Source of the DNA: Laetmonice hystrix
Taxonomy: Eukaryota
Direction of reading: 5' to 3'
NCBI GenBank assembly: GCA_965235115.1
Contig: OZ249436.1
Span: forward strand, 22,134,001 to 22,198,000
Length of the DNA: 64,000 bases
Shown here: positions 50,645-62,474 of the stretch, piece by piece
How positions within the stretch are numbered: position 1 is the first letter of the stretch
How the letters are laid out: every line of letters starts with the position of its first letter
Notes under the pieces: model-generated
Told to the model about the DNA's origin: nothing
Database searches by the model: none
The model's input: the letters and a program-made list of their open reading frames with translations, nothing else
Position numbers and translations under genes: made by a program

Positions 50645-53600
50645 GTGGACGAGGTAGTTTACGAGGGTGTGCACCTCTACATCTGCCCTGTCCGTTAAAA
50701 TATCAAAGTCCCTGTTACAAACAGTGCACCTTCATTTCTGAGGTAACGTAACGTAACACCATATTCTAACGTAACGTAACACAATGTTTTAACATGACGT
50801 AACACAATGTTTTAACTTCTAATCATCCACAGAGCCCCTTTCGTTCAACCACCGACTCCAAACGTATGCCAACGTGTGACCGGCTTACAAACATTTATTT
50901 GAATCCCTTCTTTTATGGAGTGGTTTGCTTGGGGTGCGAGTCCTCTAACAAACAGCCGGGGAACGTTACGAGAGCTTCACACCCTCGTCCTGCCAATCTT
51001 GTATGAGGAAAGGAACAGGGAATTGCAAAACGTGTTGGCTAATAAAGGACTTTGTCCAGCAGCTACTGAGCTGGCTTTCTTTCTTTTCTCTCCTCTTCCC
51101 TCCCCTACTTCCGCCTCCTTCCGTCCCCTTCTACACAGTAAGTTGTCACCTCTGGTTTTCTCTTTCTCTTTATTTAAAATTCTGTCTCTGTTCTCCGGTA
51201 TCAGGTCAGTAACAAAAGGCGGTGGAGCATGCAAGACTCTGCATGTTTGTATTTATTTGGAGCAGAGGCCTACCGTAATATACATGTATTAGATACAGGT
51301 AAATTATATCGGCTCTAATTGTCATCAACTAGATTTCTAACTGGTTAACGCACGTTAGGAACTCGTAAAGGTAAATCAAAACAAGCAGTATACTTTACAG
51401 CATACCTTGAAGGAATTATAATAATTAGTGTAAGGGAGTTCTGTTAAAGAAGCAATAATGCATAACATTATGTCTATATAACTAGCGGGAGATTGAAAAG
51501 ATTGAAAATTAGCAGTAGTTTTGTATTGCGAGTTCAGAAGTGATGTAGAGGTGACAAGGAATCATACATGATGTATAGATCCTGGGGGTCGGGAGGAGAC
51601 ACACGCCCCCTACAGATCATGTGTCGGATCAGGTGTGATCACACACGCCTAGAATTCACTGAGACCAGACCTGAGAGCAGTGAGGCCTATACTGAGTGGT
51701 CATATTTAACCTAACCTATGGATATGTTTACTTAGTTAATATAACAGTTGTTTTCAGACAGAAGAGATTGATTAGTCTATACTTAATGTTGTCATACACT
51801 GGCAATAAATCTACGTCAGTGAAATACGTCATGAATGGTGACGACAACGTCAAGTCTGACGTATTTCAGCTGACGGCGTCGTGAATCACGCGCTAATTCC
51901 TACGTGAAAATACTCCGTCTCAAATCAAGTGTGATAAATTATTTGAAAAACGTGAGAAATCGAGACCAGCCTGCCAACCTCTTTGTGCCTTAAATTAATC
52001 ATCGTGTGAGCCAAATTGCCTCGACGTTAAGAAATCATCTCTAGCGTCTGACATCAATGGTGGCGCGTGTCACTGTGTCTTGTGGGGCACACATCGTTCC
52101 CATATCGTTCCACCCACCCTTACCTTCCGGCCCCTGCGCCCAAACTGTCGCCCTGGGCGCAGCACAGTCCCTACCGCAGACATCCAAACTCGATTTATGA
52201 AATCAAGGTAATTACACCAACTTTGGTTACCATCGCAACGTCCCCGATTTGCTACCCCTCGCAAACACGGCGCCACGTGCCATGAACAACACTGACGTGA
52301 AATCCCCACAAAATGGGCCTATTTCTACCCCGAGCAGCGCAGACCCCTGTGGTTCGCGATCTGCCGCAAATTTTCCATCTGATTATCTTAACAGTGGGGG
52401 ATTCCAGACTCCCTGTCGCGATAATCGGTCGGCCAGCCGACATCGGGTTCATTCGCGCAGCGCGGACAAAAACCGAGCGGGACTAGTGGACCCCCTATCG
52501 CAATAATCAATTGTAATTGGACTTCCTTCCCTCTCCGCCGCCAGCTTACGACGACTGAGTCGACAGCGCGAGCGACTGGTCTTCATATTACTATACAGTG
52601 GGGCCGAGCATGACGGCATCTGTTAGTAGTATACGGCAAGTGATCTTGTAATCGGGCGCTTACAGTAGCCAGCTGATGTAGGTTTAACTCGATACAGCTG
52701 CAGGAAAAGACGCTATCTTTGGGGTTTTAGAGAAACGCACCAAACGCGGGAATGCCGGGCATGTTGTGAGCCGTTGTTTGATCTAATTAAGCGTGCCCTT
52801 TGATGTGCCGGCGTTCGTTGACCTCCTGTTCTGGGTGTGTGAGAGTGGACAATGATGCTTGCGGCACGTGTTGTTTCAGACTTCCCACAACTCACGTGTC
52901 GTATTCTCACCAATCGTCAGGGGAGTTCATTCTGACTGCACCCAATCATCTCCACGCTGGCATAGACCTGGCCATGACCTTTCATCTTTACTGCCGATTC
53001 TCATTTTATCACAGGCCAAGGAATGTTATAAAGTCTCCTTCTAAGGTGAGAAAATGGGGTACAGTACGGTACATTAAATGACATAATATGTCAGTTAAAT
53101 TACATTCTACAAACTGTAATTGTATCAGTAGCCATCGACGCATATGTTTTGGAACAGGAATAATTGTATAGACAGGTGTATGTCATAATAATTCTATAAA
53201 TTAAAAAGGCCGAGGTAAACTTGGAAAATGTACGCATGACGTACCACCAACCACTAAGTATCTGACATACATATTTATGTATAATATTATGATCTTATAT
53301 CATTTTGACTTTACAAATTGGTTTCAATAGGTCCTATGTTTGTTTACTAAACGCGCGTGGACTGTAGTACCGTGAATTTATTGTTTTACACATACGGTCA
53401 TGTTTATATACCAAACAACGGCAACGTTCTTACATCAACAGGTATAATAGATATGTGTGTGTGTATTATAATACACTAATACACACATACATGATTATAT
53501 ATCAACGCTCGCCTATCGTACCAGGTTACCTCACAGTGACATCCGATACAAGCATCAAATACTTCAGTGTACGTTTGTGTTATCTAAGACGGTCTGACTA

Positions 53601-54980
53601 TATGATTTGCATGACATAGAGCAATGTGCCGGTGATGTTTTGTGTACGCGTGGAGGGAATGGATAGCGATGGCTGATGTAAGTCAGACAGTCACGTGATC
53701 AGTGGATAAAACCAGCCGCTATCATCACCGATCATATATACGCCTTGTACAGAAAGATCATGCAAAAATTGACAGGATCATTGTGCGAACTTAAGCCGTG
53801 ATCGTTCCGGCTAATCCCGTACCGATCCAAGTCCTGTGTGTTATTGATCGGGACCGTGACAGGAAACACCAACGGGACGGATCCGAGTTTGTTTGCGGGA
53901 TCGAGTAACTTCCGCTGAACGTGCTCAGGTGTGAAGAAACGGTGAACGTAAAACACAGATCGCTGGGTTCCGTTTCGGCGTTTGTTTGACTGGTACAGTT
54001 TGTCATGGCAACGGTTGGTGAATGCAATCCTCATTCTACCCACATTCTAGCGGGGGTATCTAGATCGACTTGATGTCTTTATCTTCGATGATTGATCCTG
54101 AAAGTTGATTAACTCAGAAGTAATTATAGACCTAAAAGTATTCGGCGTAGGCCTATATGTACCAGTATAATACAACAGATCAATTTACAAGAGAATTCGT
54201 ATATTCCCCTGGCATTGTATATGGGCGTTGGCTGGTAGTTTCATGTACTTCATACGAACTAAGTAAACCAATATACGGCTGTGATAGTCGCCTGCATGGC
54301 ATTGTGTAATCGTTGCCAACCACTGACTGACTCAATTATACTATAGGCCCATGTCACCGACTACAATATAATAATATAACCTCTGAACTATCATTTTTTG
54401 TAATTTTATTTATCCTTATACATGTATATAGGCCCAGGGTTGCTCAATCATATTGTTGACCCAGGGTCGTTGAGAACCCCCCGAGTTTTGTGAGCGGGTT
54501 TGGTAGAATACGGGATGAGACTGTTTGTCGTCTTGTTTATACTTTGAGGACACAAGTGTTGATGCCGGTTGTTCGTAGTTATCCCTACCCTTGACCCCAG
54601 AGGGTAAGGTCAGAGGGTCCTATGTCCTTACTGCCCTCAAGAAAAAAAAAGTTAAGAAAACAATACTTTGAAATAATGCGTCATGAGACAGAAAAAAAGA
54701 TTGAGTGCTGAAAATGAGATTTCTTTTTTAAGAAGAAAAATAAGTGTTATGATATTGAGTTGAGAGCGCAGGGGGTGGCGGGTGATAGCGGGTACTTGTT
54801 GGCTGTCGAGGAGGTGCGGCAGGTCCCCTGTCAGACCCACCGCCTGGGTGGGCACGGTGTCGGGTTAGACCCTCTCTCTTTGTGGGTTCCGTCCGTCAAG
54901 CCAAGCCCCGGATCTGAGATCTTCTCTCGGTATAAACAAATAGTCGACAATGGTTGGTTCCGACAGAGGCCACTGTATAG

Positions 54981-54997
54981 AGCGCCCCCTGGCGGCC
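54981..54997 (-). promoter_or_regulatory. CTCF-like binding motif
   Basis: agcgccccctggcggcc; its reverse complement GGCCGCCAGGGGGCGCT closely matches the bilaterian CTCF core consensus. Confidence 0.5.
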
Positions 54998-55055
54998 GAG
55001 TCAGGCTACAGAGTCTTGATGACACAGACACTGAGCTATGTTGTGTGTCTCCAGC

Positions 55056-55097
55056 ATGGCAGACTCCGACGACACCCGCGGTCACCCGGGAGGAGAG
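55056..55097 (+). CDS. Candidate start-codon micro-exon (MADSDDTRGHPGGE), unassigned
   Basis: Acceptor ttgtgtgtctccag|c ATGG, 14 codons, donor GAG|gtgagg; lies in GC-rich surroundings. Confidence 0.25.
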
Positions 55098-55940
55098 GTG
55101 AGGAGAGCCGGGTGGTGGGTGACGGAGGGCCTGGTGGGGGCGGGCGGGGCAGGCCGGGCGGGCAGGTCGGGCTGCTTGCCCCGCTGTTGAGGGGAGGAGC
55201 AGGGGTTACGAGGGCCCGAGTGTCTCGCAGTGTGGCGCCGGGGCGCGGTGGGAGGAAAAGGTTTGTTTATGGCGGTGTCGGCGCGAGCCACATCTGGTGG
55301 AGGCTGCCGGGAGAAGGGCCACATTGTCGGGGCCGCCCCGGCCCGACACTTGAGGCCGCCCCATGTTTACCCCCCCCCCCCCCCGCCGCCCACTCCCACC
55401 CTCCCACAATGTGGGGGGGGGCAGCCGTCGAACGCTTTCTTTCAGTCCATGAACTCCAGTAACAGCGAGCACACCAAATTCCAATATCACAACACGCCAC
55501 GACTCCGACAACATCAAACCACTTCAGACAAACTACTCCATTCGTTAGGCCTCAGGCCTATATATTCTTATAACATTTCTTCATTACAATATTAGTGAAG
55601 CAAACACGGAACTCATGTCAAAGTACAGACGTAAAGCTAAGAATATATAGGTCTATAGTTGGAGCACAAATCTGGTACTTTGAGTAAATAATAAATTCTT
55701 AAATCCTATGATGCACCCGTCGATTTGACATCCTCTATCAAGATTTTAACAATTGACAACTCCAGCATAACATCCTCCCTACACTATGATATCACATCAG
55801 GAAAGATCAATGTTTTCTTATCTACTGAAGTCATCTTGTTGATCACACTGTTATCTACTCAACCCCACTGATCCGGCTCAAGGCGCCATATTCCCCGATA
55901 GGGGGCGCACGCTCCTCATTGGAGATGATACATAACGTTG

Positions 55941-56536
55941 TATAAGGTAAATCTTGAAGGAGTTATAGTTGACTGTGTCAATAAATCCGAGGTTATACCT
56001 AACGCTAAAACTTGTACATCACCAGAATAAATATAAGGTAAATCTTGAAGGAGTTATAGTTGACTGTGTCAATAAATCCGAGGTTATACCTAACGCTAAA
56101 ACTTGTACATCACCAGAATAAATATAAGGTAAATCTTGAAGGAGTTATAGTTGACTGTGTCAATAAATCCGAGGTTATACTAAACACTAAAACTTGTAAT
56201 ATACATCAGTATAAATATGAGGTAAATCTTGAAGGAGTTATAGTTGACTGTGTCAATAAATCCGAGGTTATACCTAATGATAAAACTTGTACATCCACAG
56301 TATAAATATAAGGTAAATCTTGAAGGAGTTATAGTTGACTGTGTCAATAAATCGAGGTTATACCTAACGCTAAAACTTGTACATCACCAGAATAAATATA
56401 AGGTAAATCTTGAAGGAGTTATAGTTGACTGTGTCAATAAATCCGAGCTTATACCTAACGCTAAAACTTGTACATCACCAGAATAAATATAAGGTAAATC
56501 TTGAACTAGTTATAGTTGACTGTGTCAATAAATCCG
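55941..56536. repeat. ~91-bp minisatellite, about 6.5 copies
   Basis: Unit atataaggtaaatcttgaaggagttatagttgactgtgtcaataaatccgaggttatacctaacgctaaaacttgtacatcaccagaataa. Confidence 0.95.
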
Positions 56537-56773
56537 TGGTATATATAATATCACAAAGTAACATATGCAGAAGGTGGTTTCTCGAGTAAGATATACATAT
56601 GTTCTTTATACAAAGTTACGGCTCTATTACATACAATGTATAATATAGATATATAGAGAGCCTGAGAGTCTGTCGTCTTGCAAACAGAGACGAGCCGTGC
56701 GTATGATTGAGTTATGTACGTGTACAAGGTCGAAAGGCGATGATATGCCAGCAGAGACACGGACCGTGTGACT

Positions 56774-57372
56774 ACCCGGGTCAGTGGTGGTGAATTGTAT
56801 GCATGTATAAAGATACCAGCTCACCACCACTGACCCGGGTATCTTCATATACAGCTCACCACCACTGACCCGGGTTGTACCCGGGTCAGTGGTGGTGAGT
56901 TGTATGTGAAGTTACCAGCTCACCACCACTGACCCGGGTATCTTCATATACAGCTCACCACCACTGACCCGGGTTGTACCCGGGTCAGTGGTAGTGAGAT
57001 GTATATGAAGATACCAGCTCACCACCACTGACCCGGGTTGTACCCGGGTCAGTGGTAGTGAGTTGTATATAGAAGATACCAGCTCACCACCACTGACCCG
57101 GGTTGTACCCGGGTCAGTGGTAGTGAGTTGTATATAGAAGATACCAGCTCACCACCACTGACCTGGGTTGTACCCGGGTCAGTGGTAGTGAGTTGTATAT
57201 AGAAGATACCAGCTCACCACCGCTGACCCGGGTTGTACCCGGGTCAGTGGAGATGAGTTGTATATAGAAGATACCAGCTCACCACCGCTGACCCGGGTTG
57301 TACCCGGGTCAGTGGAGATGAGTTGTATATGAAGATACCAGCTCACCACCACTGACCCGGGTTGTACCCGGG
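56774..57372. repeat. Palindromic (hairpin-unit) minisatellite with ~100-bp and then ~65-bp units
   Basis: Each unit contains cagctcaccaccactgacccggg-ttgta-cccgggtcagtggtagtgagttg. Confidence 0.95.
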
Positions 57373-59254
57373 AGAAATCCTCAGTGTGAACCTGCCTAGA
57401 CAAACTCGTCTTGTTCAGGGCCTCTGTTTCCTGGCCCTATACGTTCTCAAAACTTCAAGGGTATCTGAGAGGGACGTGCAAGTTGGAGTGGTCTTTACCG
57501 TATAAGGCAGGGTTGGGTGTTAGGCCTTCGTTGCCCCACATGAAAACGTGTCCAAACCAGAAGGGTTTCTGCTGTCACATTGAGCTCCAAAACAACACGG
57601 TCGTAGACATAGAGGCTAGCATTATCTGTGGGTTGTATGGGGCGCATGCGTGCTGGCACAGCCTCGGTATGGCACAGATTGTCGCTCACGTTGTGACAAT
57701 GTCACGCAGTGCTCTATCCCTCCAGTCATGTAGACGTGTATACATAAGGAAAGATCGTATACTGATTATAAAAGATGGGTGAAACGTTTCCATCAGATAA
57801 AACAACCATTGAGTGAAGGGAAACATGCCTTCTCTCGGTAAGCTTCCACAACCGAACCCTCATCACTATTATATGATCACATGATATGACTTAAAGTGTT
57901 CACGTCAAATTGTAGATCTGAGTCTGGAGAAAACCGCAATAATCTCTGATACATTCATCACCTTTCTTTATGTTCATGAAATAAAATGATGTCAAATTTT
58001 TGTCATAATTATGTTCGGATAAAAAAGGGGGTCGAAAACAGGACAAAATTTAAGTGAACAAAACATAATAGAAGGCTTTACATAAGGCTTTCGAATTGTA
58101 AGTACATTCTACATACAATAATGCCGGATTGCGGTATTGAATTTAACTATATCATAAGTGAACTGTGCTGCTGGATAAATCGCCAAAGTAATACTAGATA
58201 TAGATCATGACTTTACTGACCTATGAGACGGCCGGAAACACGAGGGTTGGGTCAAATAAAAAGGTCAAGTGTAGAGAGGTTTCATTGGCCTCTCAGTCTG
58301 ATTATGAAAAGACAACACCTCACATAAAAATTTCTCCTCATAATTCACCAACTTTCTATCTTTTAGTTAAAAGATATTGCCGGAAACTCTTGTTCTGAAT
58401 CTTTTTTTAAACCAATTAAGGCACATGTTGAAGGAATGCACAAAGATTCCATATTATGTGGGAGATATTATTCGACTCTCCCGTCGCAGAACGTTTCGCT
58501 GGTATATTTGCCAGGTCCGGGCCACAGACAGCCACACGGGCAAGTGGCCTACACATGTGGTTGGCATCAGGTCCACGATCAAATGACTGGGCGTCGCGAG
58601 CGGCGCAAAGACATATGTATGCACAACCAAATATTAGGACGGGTCGGAAACATGAAGCGACCCAGTGCACGGAAAGCCCGGTGTATGTTACTGAAGTGTG
58701 GCTGGTAGGTGGGGGAGAGGGTCCGGCGGGCGCGCCTCCCCTGCCGGGCGGCGGGCGCACACGGCCCGGGGAGCTCCCGGTCTGCCGACCCCGGGGCGTC
58801 CAACACATGGACCTAGACAAACAGCATGGAGAATGCGGCGAGTAAAAACGACTATCAGAGAATTCCTTGGGGTGAAGTCTCAAGTAATCGGTGAATACCG
58901 TGTGTCTGAGGCGAGCTATGGCCGCAGACCGAACTACTCCCTCATACACATATTAGCCTACATTTCGCCTCGCATAGATTACTATCGACCATTCCCAAAA
59001 GAATGTAACCCATGTATGTAATATACCATAAAACTACATGTTGCTGTACATTGTGATTAGGCTCCTATATCTAGGATATACTTCAGGTTTTCAATATATA
59101 GAGGCCTACAACTAACAGGTGCACAGAGGCCTAGGTCTACAACCAACAAGTATAGAACTTTACTTACTTACTTATTTAGTTACTTAATTACTTAAAATTA
59201 CTTAATTACTTACTTGTTAACTTTGCTTGCTTTTGTTTGCTTGCTTATACTTAT

Positions 59255-59473
59255 NNNNNNNNNNNNNNNNNNNNNNNNNNNNNNNNNNNNNNNNNNNNNN
59301 NNNNNNNNNNNNNNNNNNNNNNNNNNNNNNNNNNNNNNNNNNNNNNNNNNNNNNNNNNNNNNNNNNNNNNNNNNNNNNNNNNNNNNNNNNNNNNNNNNNN
59401 NNNNNNNNNNNNNNNNNNNNNNNNNNNNNNNNNNNNNNNNNNNNNNNNNNNNNNNNNNNNNNNNNNNNNNNNN
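59255..59473. other. Assembly gap (N run) following a (TTAC/TTGC)n microsatellite
   Basis: Run of n characters. Confidence 0.98.
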
Positions 59474-59831
59474 TACACGCATACATTTTTTGAACACACG
59501 GGCCAAAGTATATTGCAACATGCATCCCTCATTAGAACTCTGTAATAGTGGTATGTAGGCCTACATAGAAAACATGATTGGGTCAATATTACACATTACA
59601 TATCAGATCTATAGTTTATGTGCCTTGCTCTCATTTTGCATAGCAATATATATGTTTTATGTGAGGGAGGTGGGAACCCCGGCTGTGGCAAGCCTATATC
59701 TACAACTATAAGCGCAAAGCGAGAGATTGCAATAATGACTGTCTCAATTGCTCTGATTACATACGCGAAACAAGGCGAGGGACGAGACTGGTGATATAAC
59801 TGGACTGTCTCGTGTGACATTGTGCAAGTGC

Positions 59832-60765
59832 ACCCCTGAACGTGCTTAGATAAAGAGGAGTTTAACCTGTGTTTACCCATGAACGTGCTTAGATAAAGAG
59901 GAGTTTAACCTGTGTTTACCCATGAACGTGCTTAGATAAAGAGGAGTTTAACCTGTGTTTACCCATGAACGTGCTTAGATAAAGAGGAGTTTAACCTGTG
60001 TTTACCCATGAACGTGCTTAGATAAAGAGGTGTTTAGCCTGTGTTTACCCCTGAACGTGCTTAGATAAAGAGGAGTTTAACCTGTGTTTACCCCTGAACG
60101 TGATAAAGAGGTGTTTAGCCTGTGTTTACCCCTGAATGTGCTTAGATAAATAGGTGTTTAACCTGTGTTTACCCATGAACGTGATAAAGAGGTGTTTAGC
60201 CTGTGTTTACCCCTGAACGTGCTTAGATAAAGAGGTGTTTAGCCTGTGTTTACCCCTGAATGTGCTTAGATAAATAGGTGTTTAACCTGTGTTTACCCAT
60301 GAACGTGATAAAGAGGTGTTTAGCCTGTGTTTACCCCTGAATGTGCTTAGATAAAGAGGTGTTTAACCTGTGTTTACCCATGAACGTGCTTAGATAAAGA
60401 GGTGTTTAGCATGTGTTTACCCCTGAACGTGCTTAGATAAAGAGGTGTTTAACCTGTGTTTACCCCTGAACGTGCTTAGATAAAGAGGTGTTTAACCTGT
60501 GTTTACCCCTGAACGTGCTTAGATAAAGAGGTGTTTAACCTGTGTTTACCCCTGAACGTGCTTAGATAAAGAGGTGTTAACCTGTGTTTACCCCTGAACG
60601 TGCTTAGATAAAGAGGTGTTTAACCTGTGTTTACCCCTGAATGTACCTAGATAAAGAGGTGTTTAACCTGTGTTTACCCCTGAATGTGCTTAGATAAATT
60701 AAGAGGTGTTTAACCTGTGTTTACCCCTGAACGTGCTTAGATAAAGAGGTGTTTAACATGTGTTC
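59832..60765. repeat. 43-bp minisatellite, about 22 copies, including some 37-bp deletion variants
   Basis: Unit tgaacgtgcttagataaagagg(a/t)gttta(a/g)cctgtgtttaccc(a/c). Confidence 0.96.
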
Positions 60766-62474
60766 AGTTCTGAACGTGTTTAGCTAAAAGGTAACTAAAC
60801 GTGTTTGGCAGGCAACGTGTCGAAAAAAGAAGGACAGCGAATGCGTTTGGCATTGTGCTTAATATTATAAATATGATCTAAACACTGTTTTTAGAGTGTA
60901 GTGCCTTTTTGTGTAAAAGTAATGTGAAAAAGGCGGTCAGACGAAACATTGAACCGAACCGAGACTTGCCTGTATGTCAGTTCTATCCTGTATTCGCTTC
61001 TCAGACTTCTCAGTACAAGAACGCGATATGACAGACATTGATGGAAATTCTGACCAAAATGTTATAGCAGCTGAATTAGATATTTTCTGACTTAATTAAA
61101 TTAGAAATCACAGGGAGGAAATCCATTCCAGGGCATGACGTCTCTATCAGCAGACATTCTTTGTAACCATGTTCGTTATAATTGGACTCAGCTACAGAAA
61201 ATGTTGGGATTGAGGTTAAACTATAGATTATGCCCACATAAATAAGGAACTACCTTGCTATTATTATATTGTATTGGTAACATCAAGGTAATTTTCCTGC
61301 GCGTACCTTCAACCTATTATAGAGAATTCTTATTTGTTCCAGTCGATGTTGAGAATATAGGCCTAAACTAGCGATGGGCTCAGTGTAAGACCGAACTAAC
61401 AGCGGATACTGACGTCTATAATGCCGATGACCTGCCGCTTTCCATGAAGGTGCCGCTTGCGTTTTGACTTATCCCACAACCTCATTGAGAAGACGTTAAT
61501 CGTCCAACAATACATTCACGCCGCACTGCCCACAAAGTTGTGCTTGTTGCGAGTATTTTCACGCGGGAACGCCGCGCTGCTGGCCATGACGTGCCTTACT
61601 TCCTCCTCTCGATTCATCCAGAACAAATATTTTCCGACGACGTTTTCGGAATCCCCTTTCGACAGTCACGTGACCACACACCTGTGCCAACAGACGTTTG
61701 GCCATATTTGTTGTCCGTTGCTAACGCGCGAGGTCAGTGCAGTAAGAATCTATGGGCGCAGCATTGTTCTTTATCTGCTGCGTCAATATGGACCAATCTG
61801 AAACCTCAACAAAATGCAGAAACTTGCTGCTACCGGCAAGTGCTTGAAAAATCTGTGAGGTCCTCTTGTGGAACAGCCCCAGGCACGGGCTCAAATCGAG
61901 GCTCATATACTGCGCACGCTCACTTAGTTCAATAAACGGGAAATCTTTCACGTCAAAAATCAGCTGCATCAAAAGACCAATGAAAACAATCTGTCATAGG
62001 TCATTGAGATAAAGACTCGGCGGAAAACGTTTACAGCAGTCACTGCCAAGTGAAGTCTCGTAGGGGACAAAACATGTTTTGTGTCATGGCTCATTCCAAC
62101 AGTTTGTGTCAAATGTTTCTATGTCCGATAATAATCAGTATGTGGGCAGACACATTGGAAGGTTTTGTCTACATTATGATTATGGTACTATTCATAATGT
62201 ATGATTATGGTACTATTCATCCTTTGATTCACAATGTATACATATTTACCCTCTGTTGTTTCATTCAAGTTGTCTTTTCATCAGCCACAAGGGACTAAAT
62301 ATGTCAGTTCAGCGGAGAGGTATTTCAACATTATATATTTCACTGGTAGAGTAAAACTATGTTTAACCGTTTGACGGTAATTAAAGATTGTTTTACCAAA
62401 TGATCCTTTGTCATTAAGTTGTGAATGTTTTGACAGAGTCGTCTTCCATGGCGGAGTCAGCGACCTCGGTCATG

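Noticed and set aside
49238-50751. Long ORFs of 326-478 aa on both strands
   Set aside because: Artefacts of a stop-free 45-bp repeat unit.
59210-59586. ORFs spanning X runs
   Set aside because: They read through the N gap.
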